Below are positions 23,795 to 35,264 of a stretch of DNA of 64,000 bases, piece after piece. Made by a program: the position numbers and the translations under genes. The notes under the pieces were generated by a model. The model searched no databases. It was given only the letters and a program-made list of their open reading frames with translations, and was not told the origin of the DNA. The stretch is from Mobula hypostoma (Eukaryota): NCBI RefSeq assembly GCF_963921235.1, contig NC_086118.1, positions 12,526,001-12,590,000 of the forward strand, written 5' to 3'. Positions within the stretch are counted from its first letter, which is position 1. Every line of letters begins with the position of its first letter.

Positions 23795-24870
23795 CATAGA
23801 ACATAGAACTTAGGACAGTACAACACAGGAACAGGCCCTTCAGCTGGCAATGATATGCAAAATCAATTAAATTAGTTATCAAAAAACTTAATCTCTTCTG
23901 CCTGTGCAAGGTCCATATTCTTCCAATTTCCTCACATTCATGTGCTGATCTAAATGTCTCTTACGAGTCCCTAATGTTTCTTTACCACCATGACAGGCAG
24001 CGTATTCCAGCCACCCACCACTCTCTGTGTATAAAATCTTGCTCCTAACATCTCCTTTGAAATTAGCCCTTCTCATCTTAAATGTATGCCCTTTGGTAGT
24101 GGACATTCCAACCCTTGGGAAAATATATTTTCTGTATACTCCTTCTATGCCTGTCATTCTCTTATAAACCTGTATCAGATCACCCCTCAGCGTCTGGCAC
24201 TCTAGAGAAAACAGTATCAGAGTCAGGTGTAATATCACTGGCATATGTTGTGAATTTTGTTGTTATGTAGCAGCTGTACGTTGCAATACCTAATAATAAA
24301 AATCTATAAATTACAATAAGCAAATATAAATTAAATTAAATAAGTAGTGCAAAAAGAGAGGGAAAAAGTACTGAGGTAGTGTTCATGAGTTCATTGTCCA
24401 TTCAGAAATGTGATGGCAGAGGGAAAGCAGCTGTTCCTGAAACACTGAGTATGTGTCTTCAGGCTCCAGTACCCTTCATCTTAATGGTAGCAATGAGAAA
24501 ACGTCATGCCCTGGGTGATGGGGGTCATTAATAATGGATGCTACCTTCTTGTCCGGGACACTGGGGAGGCTAGTGCCCGTGACAGAGCCGACTGAGTTCA
24601 CAGCTTTCCGTAGCTTTTTCTGATCCTGTGCAGTCGGCCCTCCATACCAGACAGGGATGCAACTCCTGATGCTTTCCACAGTACAACCCAGTTTGTCCAA
24701 CCTCTCATTCTAGCACATGCCCTCTAATCCAGGCAGCTTCCTGGTAAACCTCTTCTGGTGCTATCTGAAGCCCCGGTATCGTTCCTATTATGGGGCAACC
24801 AGAACTGTAGGCAATACTCCAGATGTGGCTTAACTACAGTTTTATAAAACTGCAACATAACTTCCTGAAG
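23795..24870 (-). mobile_element. CR1 3' fragment interrupted by a Rex1/Babar 3' fragment (about 24215-24683)
   Basis: LFSLECQTLRGDLIQVYK (CR1) and CIPVWYGGPTAQDQKKL..IINDPHHPGH (Rex1/Babar). (CATAGAA)n tail at the left end. Confidence 0.75.
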
Positions 24871-25172
24871 TTATCTCCTCTAAAAATTTCCTATCCATCT
24901 ACCTGAACAGATGTCATAATTGTATCTGCCTTGTCCACTTTTTCTGGCAGCTCTTTCATATACGCGCCACCCTTTGAGTGAAAAGATTGCCCCTCAGGCC
25001 CTTTTCAGTTCTTTCTGCTCCCACTAAAACCTATGCCCTCTAACTCTGGGCTTCCTTACCCTGGGAAAAGACTGTGACTATTTACCCTATCTATGCCCCA
25101 TAAGTTTATAAAGCTTGTAAGGCCACCCACAGCCTCCTATGTTCCGGGGAAAAACTGTCTTAGCCCATCCTT

Positions 25173-25430
25173 CGTACTTTACTTAAGCCCATAACCCATA
25201 CTGAGGCGTAGGCCATTGACAGAAGCTCAACAGAGTCCTCTGTCCCTGGCTAGATTTTCAAGTTGTCCCCAGGTGTAGCCCATATTCTTTGTGTATCTTT
25301 CCTCTCCCAGGGAAGAGGTCTTTAAGAGTTTCTGTAGCTCTGAGTTTTTAAATGGAATGGGGTTGCTAGCCCCATGCCCAGACCTCCTCTTTTCGCAGCC
25401 GGGCTTGGGACCACTCATGGCAAAGTTGTT
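25173..25430 (-). mobile_element. short non-autonomous RTE-derived element
   Basis: Minus strand has RTE 5'-UTR-like GGTCTGGGCATGGGGCTAGCAACCCC joined to RTE C-terminal-like coding MGYTWGQLENLARDRGL and a TAAGTAAAGTA tail. Confidence 0.6.
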
Positions 25431-25769
25431 AGCCTATCCAGCCTCTCTGGATAACTCAGACCCTCCAGTTCCGGTAACGTCCCTGCAAGTCTTTTTAGCA
25501 TTCTTTCCTGTTTTCTGACAGCCTTCATATATTACAGTAATCCGACCTGTATGCAGTACTCTAAATGTGCCATTAACAAAGTCTTCTACAACTGTAACAT
25601 GACATCCCAACTTCTGTACTCAGTGTCTTATCAGATGAAGTCAAGTATACCAAAAGCCTTCTGCACCATCCTGTCCAGCTGTGTTGCCATTTTCAAAGAC
25701 ATATGCATCTATGTTCCTAGGATTCTCCCTTCTACAACACTACCATTGAAAGATAATTTTCAGTGGTCA

Positions 25770-25950
25770 ATTTCCTAATAACCTACACACCTTTGGAATT
25801 TAGGAGGACCCCAAAGCCACTGGACGAACCCCAAATAGACATAGGAAATATCTGTAAACTCCACACAGACAGCACTTGAGGTCATGATTGAACAGGGTCG
25901 CAGAAGCTGGAGCTGCTAGCTGGAGTTGCCATGGCAGCAATATTCCACTG
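25770..25950 (-). mobile_element. HE1-like V-SINE fragment
   Basis: AAACTCCACACAGACAGCAC..GAGGTCATGATTGAAC is the reverse of a box B plus V-domain-like segment. Similar to 45200-45360 and 62648-62853. Confidence 0.55.
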
Positions 25951-27406
25951 CCCTTCAGGGAAATACTAATATCCTGTCTGCAATTTTATTTAAAAAATTC
26001 AAAGTGATAAATGAGATGTTTGTTCTCCAAAAGCAGTGTATCCTATCTATCAATTTTGATAATAGCATCAGCAGCTCGAATGTAGCTGCACAGTACAAAC
26101 AAAATGCCTGCAACAATACCTCAGAATGTCCCAATCTATTTGTTTGCTGCTTTATATATATATATCCTTTCGCCCTTTATCTTATATATTTTTATATATT
26201 TATATATCTTTCAGTCCTTTATCTTTCCCAAGCACACTCACTTATATAGCTATTAAAGCAAGCAGTCTTTGTTCCCAGGAACACTGTTACCTTTTACATG
26301 GAAAGTCTAACACAGATTCTCTTACACCTAGTTACTGATCACAAAGTTTAGTTTTCCATACTTGAATTATTGCTACAGTATGTCTTGGAGTAATGTAGTA
26401 TGGAAATACGTACCATTTTACTCCATGATCTTGTGCAAGCTGTATTGTGCTGGTATTTTGCCCACTGTCTGCAAAGCCCTAAACTCAAAAGGAAAGTTTA
26501 AGCCCTATCCAATATAGGTACCTATGGTTACCCTCACTGCAGGGTGGTTATAATGTATCAGCCTTCTCTTCAAAACTAGCTTATTTCCCTGTCAAATCTT
26601 CCCGCCAATACCCATTACTTGAGTGGTGGAAACCCTCTCCTTACCAAGGAGGAGATACTTCCACTAACAAAATAATGTAAACAATTTACTTTATTTTTTA
26701 TGATGCACATTTAATTTTAGACAAATATTTCTTACAACATATTTAGCATTCAAAGAGAATTTCTGATTTAAATATGATTTCCAAATTAAGTAGATCTATG
26801 AACCAAACCAGGTACAATTCTTACAAACTAAAAGGACAAACAAACAAGCACAGAAACTGAAAGTTGAGTAATGAATTCTAGTTCGTCTTTCTGTCATCCT
26901 GTCTTTCTGTCATTCTCCTTGTCAATTCCTAACAATCCCTAATGCTTTCTAACATTCATGCTATTTTGCTACTAGTTGACATTATCAGCATACTACATTT
27001 TTCAAAGACCTTTTCTGGGACAAACTAGTTCACACAGATGGTCTAAAAGCTGTTGCAAACAGGTTCCAGACACCCAAAATTAATGGTGTGAGGGATGACT
27101 CTCTGAGTACACAAATATCCCAGCTATTGATTGATCAACTATACTCGTGACTGTGCTTGAGGGATCGAGTACCGATGAAGGGTCCCAGCCCAAAATGTCG
27201 AATGTTTACACTTTTGCACAGATGCTGTCTGGCCTGCTGAGTTCCTCCATCGTTTTGATGTGTCGTAATGGTACCTCATACCTGCTCTGCTATTTAATAA
27301 AATCTGAATGATTTAGTTTCAACCTTAATTCTGCACTCTCATCTGCAACTTCCTTTATTTTCTTGTTAATCAAAATTGTATCTCCATTTATCTTAAAAAT
27401 GTTCAA

Positions 27407-28412
27407 AGACCATAAACTATAAGACTAGGAGCAGATTTAAGCCAATCAGCAAATTGGGTCTGCTCCGCCATTCTATCATGGCTGATTTATTATCTCTCTC
27501 AACCCATTCTCCTTCCTTCTCCCCTTACCCTTGCCGCCCTTACTAATCAAAAGCCTATCAAACCCACCTTAAATATACCCAATGATCTGGCCTTGACAGC
27601 CATAAATTCCATAGACTCACCACTTTCTGGCTGAAGAAATTCCTCCTCATTTCTGTTCTAAAGGAACATCGTTCCACTCTGAGGCTGTTACCCATGACTT
27701 TCACACTATAGCAGGAGTTCCCAACCTAGGACCCATAGACCCCTTGGTTAATGGAAGGGCTCCATGGCACTAAAAAGGTCGAAAACCCTTGAACTATAGG
27801 AAACATCCTCTCTAAGTCCACTTTATCTAATCCTTTCAATATCTGATAGGTTTCAATTAGATTCCCTCCCTCATTCTCCTAAACTCTAGCAAACACAGGC
27901 CTACAGCCATCAAATGCTCCTCATAAATTAACCCTTTAATTTCTTTGATCATTCCTGTGAACCTCTCTGGACTCTCTCTAATGCCAGCACATCCTTTCTT
28001 ACGTAAGAGACCCAAAATTGCATACAATACTCCCGGTGCAGTCTGACCAATACTTTATAAAGCCTCAGCATTACATCCTTACTTTTATGTTCTAGCCCTC
28101 TCAAAATGAAAGCCATTGGTTTCGTCATTCAGATTATTAACATACAACGTGAAAAGAAGCAGTTCCAACACTGTCCCCTGTGGAACATCACTAGTCACCG
28201 ACAGCCAGCCAGGAAAGTCCTCCTTTATTCCCACACTTGGCCTCCACCAATCAGCCAATCTTCCACTGATGCTACTATCTTTTTTGTAATTCCACGGGAT
28301 CTCATCTTGTTTAGCAGCCTCATGTGCAGCACTTTGTCAAAGGACTTCTGAAAATCCAAGTGAACAATATCCACTGACTCTCTTTTGTCTATCCTGCCTG
28401 TTATTTCCTCAA
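27407..28412 (-). mobile_element. CR1-type LINE fragment with internal deletion
   Basis: DFEEITGRIDKRESVDIVHLDFQKSFDKVLHMRLL. CR1 tail at the left end. Contains a MITE at 27712-27791. Confidence 0.85.
27712..27791. mobile_element. 80-bp hAT (Charlie-type) MITE
   Basis: Imperfect TIRs CAGGAGTTCCCAACCT / AGGTCGAAAACCCTTG. 8-bp TSD CACTATAG / AACTATAG. Confidence 0.75.
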
Positions 28413-28959
28413 AGTCTTGACATAGTGTAGCTGACCTCTTATTCTTACATTCACCTCTGTTTCTAGATCCTTCCACAAGAGAAGACATGCCTCCATGTCT
28501 GCCCGGTCAAGACTTCTCAGGATTTTATATTTTGCAGTCAAGTTCCCTCTCATTAATCTAAACTCTAACAGATACAAGTCTGGCCTAGCCAACTTTTCTC
28601 ATTATACAGCATAGCCATTTCAGGTATTGGTGCAGTAAATGTTCTCTGAACTGCTTCCAACTAAACTAAAATTAAGCCAGAGGTATAATGAGCTGAGTGG
28701 GTACCAGCTGGGCAAAACTTCAATTAACAGTTATCTGTTGTTCAGTCGTTTCTCTATTAGAAATGGGACAACAAGCTTTTCAGTAAATAAGCATTCATTT
28801 CTCCCAGTTTGACTCAGTGGCCCATGATGTTAATTGTGAAAATTTTTAATTAAGTCTAATCAAACCAAATCATTATAGAGCAGCTCTTCCTGAAACAATA
28901 TCCCCACAGACCATTCTGGTTGGAGAAACTATCGTTCACATTGATTTTCTCCAGTGTTT

Positions 28960-29280
28960 CTCTGCCTAGATTGTATAGAAACAGTTTCAAAATCAGATGG
29001 CATTCCGGACGGAGATGAAAGGAAGATGGTTGAATTTTAAAATGGACACTTGACCTCACAATCTATCTGCTTATGGCCTTGCACCTTATTGTCTGTCTGA
29101 ACTGTACTTTCTCTGCAACTTTAGCACTTTAGCATTCTGTTATTGTTCTTCTCCCGTACTACATCAATGCACTGATGTGATGAAATGATCTGTACGGATG
29201 ACATGCAAATCAAAACTTTTCGCTGTATCTCGGTACATGTGACAATAATAAACTGTTTTACTAATTTACAATTTACCAAA
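28960..29280 (+). mobile_element. LINE 3' tail fragment (Rex1/L2-like)
   Basis: 3' UTR-like TGCACCTTATTGTCTG..GTACATGTGACAATAATAAAC with a short repeated tail. Confidence 0.5.
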
Positions 29281-30382
29281 AGTGTTTTCAACCGGAGGGA
29301 CATGGATCTTGCAAACTTATAACCCAAGAGGGTTATGGATGTTCAAGACAGAGATTAAATGATCTTTAGTGATTCATAAAATATGGGTTTAGTGCTGGAA
29401 ATGCAGTGAGTTAAAAGGTCAGTGTTGTTATTGAATGGTGAATCAGCCGCAAGTGGTTAAATAAACTTATTCCTGCATCATTTTCTTCTGTTTTTATATG
29501 TACGTTGAGTGCAATTCACCTCAATGTAATGCTGCATGTTACACCTTCTTACTGTAGGTGGAACTGTTGTAGCAAAAGAAAGTTAAAGTTGAAATCTGTG
29601 AAAGTCACGGATCATCGATCGGCGCTGTAAAGGATGTGAATGATTCGGTGAGAGACAGTTCTGCAAGGCATCAATCAGCACCGTGGCATAAATTAACACT
29701 GGACACTTACATTACAAGGGATAGAAGATAAAATGAAACAAAATTACAATACCATACAAATGCAAAATAAAGAATATGTAAAATAGGATCTTCATCCCAG
29801 CATGAGAAGCACTCAAAAATACTTAAATGTATTTAATTTCATAGACAAGGAAATGCATCTGTAAAGCCACTTATATTTCATTCACCTCCATTGAGTCCAA
29901 AGGTGTCACTGGCACATCAATATAAACTCAAGGAACAGCAGCTCCTCTTCCTCCCTATCAGATCCTGATCATCCCGACTGAACGATGATTTAATAGTTTC
30001 AGATGTTCAGCATTTTTGGTATTTCAGTCTGAGAATTCTACAGTCATTTCATCTGTCTACAATAAAGATATAATTATTCTGTATTTACATCTTCATTTAA
30101 TCCTTTTTAACTAACCTTCCTTGTCTTTATACCACCTTTAAATGTTATCCTTGGTCATTCAAATTTTGCTATCAGCCACACTATCATCCAGTTTGTTTGC
30201 TCCATCCTCAATCCATCACACTTCCATCCTCTTGCATTTCTTTACATTTTAAAACTTTTATCTCCAACAGTTCTAACAAAAAGCTGTCAATCTGAAATAT
30301 TAACTGTGTTTCCTTCACCACAGAAGCTGCTTGAACCTTCATGCATTTTGAAGCTTTTCTAGCAACTGTGTGTCTTCTTTTA

Positions 30383-30490
30383 TGGGTGTGTGCATGTGCA
30401 GTTTTGTACGTGTATATGTGAGTGTGTCTGAATGTGTGCAAGCATGTGTGCACGTGTGTGCGTGTGTGTGCATGTGTACATGTATGTGCA
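30383..30490. repeat. degenerate (TG)n microsatellite
   Basis: Imperfect TG/TGCA alternating tract. Confidence 0.85.
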
Positions 30491-30852
30491 CTTCTTAATT
30501 GTGACGGTTTGATTGAATCATCAATTCAATCTAAAATGGTGTAGTTTTGGCCAGAATTAAAATGTCAGTCCCACACAGCATTGCACAAGTGTTACAGTTT
30601 CAGGGATGCTGTCATTAAACTAAAGCAGTGATACAATTGACTCTTCTTGAACTAACCTAGGTATTACAGGAAATCACAGCTTAACCTGAAGGTGAACACA
30701 CTCCTTTCTCAGTGCTCTAGACCAGCGGTCCCCAACAACCGGGCCGCGGATCGGTACCAGGCCGCAAAGCATGTGCTACCGGGTCGTGAGGAAACAATAT
30801 GAGTCAGCTGTGCCTTTCCTCATTCCCTGTCACGCACTGTTGAACTTGAACA

Positions 30853-31501
30853 TAGGGTTGCCAATTGTCCCGTATTTGCCGGGACATCCCATATATTGGG
30901 CTAAATTGGTTAGTCCCATACGGGACCACCCTTGTCCCATATTTCCCCCATTAACATAGAGCTTTCCTATGAAACCTTTCGTGCCTAAATGGCATAAAAC
31001 GAAGAAGCAATTACCATTAATTTATATGGGAAAAATTTTTGAGCGTTCCCAGACCCAAAAAATAACCTACCAAATCATACCAAATAACACATAAAACCGA
31101 AAATAACACTAACATATAGTAAAAGCAGGAATGATATGATAAATACACAGCCTATATAAAGTAGAAATAATGTATGTACAGTGTAGTTGAGAAGATTAAG
31201 TCAAAACCGATTTGTGGAAAAAAAATTTGGCACGTACGCGCATCGCACATCACACATGCGCACGTCACGCATGCGCACGTCACACATGCGCACGTCACGC
31301 ATGCGCACGTCACACATGCGCACGTCACGCATGCGCACGTCACACATGCGCACGTCACACATGCGCACGTCACGCATGCGCACACAGGTGCCCGCACAAG
31401 GCTTCATGGTCATAGTAGTCTTTCTCGGGGTAAACCCAAGTCTCCCATATTTGACTACTACTTTTGTCCCTTATTTGGGAGTGAGAAAGTTGGCAATCCT
31501 A
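30853..31501. mobile_element. inner non-autonomous hAT-like element (TAGGG TIRs)
   Basis: TIRs TAGGGTTGCCAA / TTGGCAATCCTA with subterminal TGTCCC.TATTTG repeats. No clean TSD seen. Confidence 0.7.
31251..31385. repeat. 15-bp minisatellite CAC(A/G)CATGCGCACGT x9
   Basis: Nine tandem units read directly, variant order A-B-A-B-A-B-A-A-B'. Confidence 0.95.
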
Positions 31502-32610
31502 ACTGTAAAAGACATGTTGAACAACTACCACCCCCCCCCCAACCCCATTCAGCTGGTCCGCAGGAATATTGTCAATATTAAGCTGGTCCACGGTACAAAA
31601 TAGGTTGGGGATCCCTGCCCTAGACAACATCCATTTCTTAATCAGTTCTCAGTAAAAGAACTATTCACTTACTCACCTGTGTTGGATTCTGCTGAGCAGC
31701 AGGGCTGCTAATTATTCTGATATACCATCCCATATACTTCAGAAGTACGATGTTATGCATGAAATGAAAATGTGGACAGTTGCTACATAAATGCCTTTCT
31801 ACAAAGAGAAGCATTTACTTTCAGTTTAATCAAACATCAGGAGTTTTGATTATCAATCACAAGGCTTTAGTATGCTTGTGCATGCATGAAACCTCCCACC
31901 CCCCCCCCAGGTATTCACATCTTGATAATGAACAGACGTCATCTCCACTAAAATGTCAAGGGCACAGCCAAGAAAGTCTCCAGCTTCTAGTCTGGATTTT
32001 TCTCCTGTCTCATCTGGATGAGACAGGGCAGTGTGTGACAGCAGAGAGCAGATGTCCTTGATTGATTCAGCCGTTTAAACAATGCCACAAAACTACAGGG
32101 CACTGCGGTCACCTGAAATACAACAGCAAAGGTATCCATGTCACTGCCTTTACTGCACTAAAGACAAAATATTTGATCACAGGGTACGATGAAACTAAAG
32201 GTTAAACTATTAGGAGCTGGTCACAAGATACTGCATGGGAATGTGACTTCCTCAGTTAGCATGAACTCGCTGTAAGATATGATCTCTACCCACTGATACA
32301 ATGACTCTGGCTCTCAGCGGGTACATGGTAATAAATGCAGTTTGATTTTCACTCTGTTGCTGATCACCTTCATATACTTTGTCCAACATTATATAATGGC
32401 AGCTCTGTAAAACCATATAGCAGGTGATGCTGCACTAAATCAAGACAAGCTTGATATTTGACTTGCGGACTGATCAAACTAAATCCAATTACTAAAATGT
32501 TTCCTTATTAAGGCACACAGCTGGAAACATGGCGTGCAAAGGGAGGTTTCCCATTTGATGTTGGCCATCACTTTGGTCATTCAGGCAAAGGGAGCAAATA
32601 TCTAGAGGTG

Positions 32611-33047
32611 CTGGATGAACTGGGCTTGTACTCGTTGGAATTTAGAAGATTGAGGGGGGATCTGATTGAAACGTATAAGATCCTAAAGGGATTGGACAGG
32701 CTAGATGCAGGAAGATTGTTCCCGATGTTGGGGAGGTCTAGAACGAGGGGTCACAGTTTGAGGATAGAGGGGAAGCCTTTTAGGACCGAGGTTAGGAAAA
32801 ACTTCTTCACACAGAGAGTGGTGAATCTGTGGAATTCTCTGCCACAGCAAACTGTTGAGGCCAGTTCATTAGCTATGTTTAAAAGGAAGTTAGATATGGC
32901 CCTTGTGGCTACAGGGGTCAGGGGGTATGGAGGGAAGGCTGGGTTCTGAGTTGGATGATCAGCCATGATCATAATAAATGGCGGTGCAGGCTCGAAGGGC
33001 CGAATGGCCTACTCCTGCACCTATTTTCTATGTTTCTATGTTTCTAT
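32611..33047 (+). mobile_element. young CR1 3' fragment
   Basis: Open frame LGLYSLEFRRLRGDLIETYKILKGLD..FFTQRVVNLWNSLP and a (TTTCTATG)n tail. Highly similar to 48137-48576. Confidence 0.92.
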
Positions 33048-33079
33048 AATGACCAAGTTTAATAAATAATGAGTACTGT

Positions 33080-33467
33080 TGTTTGGCAGGGCGGAGATAT
33101 GTCTTCACCAAAGGAGGTGTCAGGCACTCCTTCCCTCTGATAGCCTGTAGGTCACGCTTGGGCGAGGTGTTGCATCTGCTTAGTGCCCCCATCAGGGTCA
33201 CGTGAAGCCATGGATGCAGGTGGTGGATGGTTGCGTGAGTAGCTAGTGCATATCTCAAGTCCTGGCTATGCAACCACTGATGCCAGGCAAACAATCTCTG
33301 AAGAGTATGGATAATGGCTGAGGCCACCAGTTTTGTAGAGACACTGCCCGGAAGAAGGCAATGGCAAACCACTACTATAGAAAACTTACCAAGAACAAAC
33401 AGGGTCACAGAAAGATCGTGATCGCCCACATCATATGACATGGCACATAGTGAACGAAGAAAAAAAA
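33080..33467 (+). mobile_element. RTE/BovB-related SINE-like element
   Basis: 3' part GAAGAAGGCAATGGCAAACCACT resembles the BovB-derived motif of Bov-A/Sauria SINEs. A-rich tail. No coding capacity. Confidence 0.55.
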
Positions 33468-33789
33468 GAGGATTGTAAATAGACAAGGAAGTTAGGAGAT
33501 AAGAATAAACAGCAAGCTGGAGGAAAGTGCAATTTAGTGGGAACATGTAAAGGATGTATTTTGGAAAAGTAAGGAATGAAACACAAGTAAATTCCATTCC
33601 TTGAAGTGAAAGTGCTGAAAGGAAGAAGCCATAAAAAGGTCAATAACTCCAGGAACTTATAGAAGTGAACTAAATTAAATTATATTAACGGGTGCAGTTT
33701 TGCACATTCTATGTGAGGGAAACATTACATTGTGCATTGACTTTCTAAGGTGTTGATATTGATGAGAAACCATATCTATTGAAGAGAGA

Positions 33790-34286
33790 AACATAGAAAC
33801 AGAAAACCTACAGCACAATACAGGCCATTTGGCCCATGAAGTTGTGCCGAACATGTCCTTACCTTAGAAATTACCAAGCGTTACCCATAGCCCTCTATTT
33901 TTCTGAGCTCCATGTACCTATCCAGGAGTCTCTTAAAAAACCCTATCGTTTCCGCCTCCACCACCGTCACCAGTAGCCCATTCCACGTACTCACCACTCT
34001 CTGCATAAAAAACTTACCCCTGACATCCCCTCTGTACCCACTTCCACGCACCTTAAAACTATACCCTCTCATGTTAGCTATTTCAGCCCTGGGAAAAAGC
34101 CTCTGACTATCCACATGATCAATGCCTCTCATTATCTTGTACACCTCTGTCAGGTCACCTCTCATCCTCTGTCGCTCCAAGGAGGAAAGGCTGAGTTCAC
34201 TCAACCTATTCTCATAAGGCATGCTCCCCAATCCAGGCAACATCCTTGTAAAGCTCCTCTGCACCCTTTCTATGGTTTCCACATCA
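33790..34286 (-). mobile_element. CR1 3' fragment
   Basis: DVETIERVQRSFTRMLPGL..MRGDLTEVYKIMRG..FFMQRVVSTWNGL. (AAACATAG)n tail at the left end. Confidence 0.9.
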
Positions 34287-35264
34287 GCTGGGATCATTTT
34301 CGCCAGCAGATAGAAGGTTAAGGGGATGATTATTCAAAATTAAAAAAAACTAGTCTCTTGTGTCTCTTATGTCTTTGAAAAAATGATGCAGTTTGATAGT
34401 GTGAATAGTGAACATCTGCTTCTGTTTTGAGAGAACTGGTGATAAAATTTCCAGATGTCAATGAGGAAATTGATCAGAAAGGTTTGAAGGATGGAGTCAT
34501 TTACGGCATAGGTTAGTTGAAGCAGCTGCCACTGTGTCTGTCGATTGAGGGATAAATAGATACTTGAACCTAGGAACAGGAGCCATCCCTTTTTTCCTGT
34601 TCTGTCACACAATTTGATCTCATCAATTGGCATTTTGATTCCGTTTATTTTCCTTGGAGTCATAAACTGCAAAGAAATATGTAATAAAAATCTAATGGAC
34701 AGCGAGTGTCAGCACTCCCACATGGAGGAAAATATTCTGAACCTATTCCATCATTTAGATGCATACCAGCACTGGAGTCTGCTAGCACAGCTGAAGCTTG
34801 CTGGGATTTTCTAGCAAAAGGCCTCATATTCTGTGCCAGCTTAAACCAACTGCACTACCCACAAGATAATTCATCTAAATGGGGATTGCATGGCCTCAAG
34901 ATAGGCACGGGCAAGGTATGTTGCTTTTCTTTCATTACTTGTTTTTCAAATTATTTTAAATGGTTTGATTTATTTTAATTTTTAATGTTATGATTACTTA
35001 CTACATTTCAGATTCGGAGTCATCAGTAACGCGGGACAACTTTGAAGGCTTTGATGGCACTAACTACCACTTAGTACATGGCACTGGAAATGTCTGAGCA
35101 GCCAAGACTGGTAGACCAGATCCAGGTAGAGTTGAGGTTATGATGTGAAGGGGAACATGGGATGGTGAGGTGGGTCAGTAGAGCCAACGGGTCCATTAAT
35201 TTCTGGTTCAACTAAACTTTTTGTGATGTAGTATTATTGCGATGATAGCTAAGTGGTGTATATA

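Larger units (their letters stand above)
30723..31617. mobile_element. non-autonomous hAT (Charlie-type) element containing a second hAT-like element
   Basis: TIRs CAGCGGTCCCCAAC / GTTGGGGATCCCTG. 8-bp TSD CTCTAGAC (30715-30722) / CCCTAGAC (31618-31625), matching the Charlie NTCTAGAN target. Confidence 0.85.

Noticed and set aside
31251..31385. Possible CRISPR-like array
   Set aside because: Head-to-tail repeats with no unique spacers, no cas genes, and a vertebrate context.
31152..31603. Repetitive ORFs (THAHV, CACVT, MRTSH repeats) on both strands
   Set aside because: They arise from a stop-free 15-bp minisatellite inside a non-autonomous transposon; no evidence of a gene.
34367..34672. 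101-aa minus ORF with an acceptor-like TTCTTTGCAG
   Set aside because: No recognisable domain and no convincing donor; cannot be supported.
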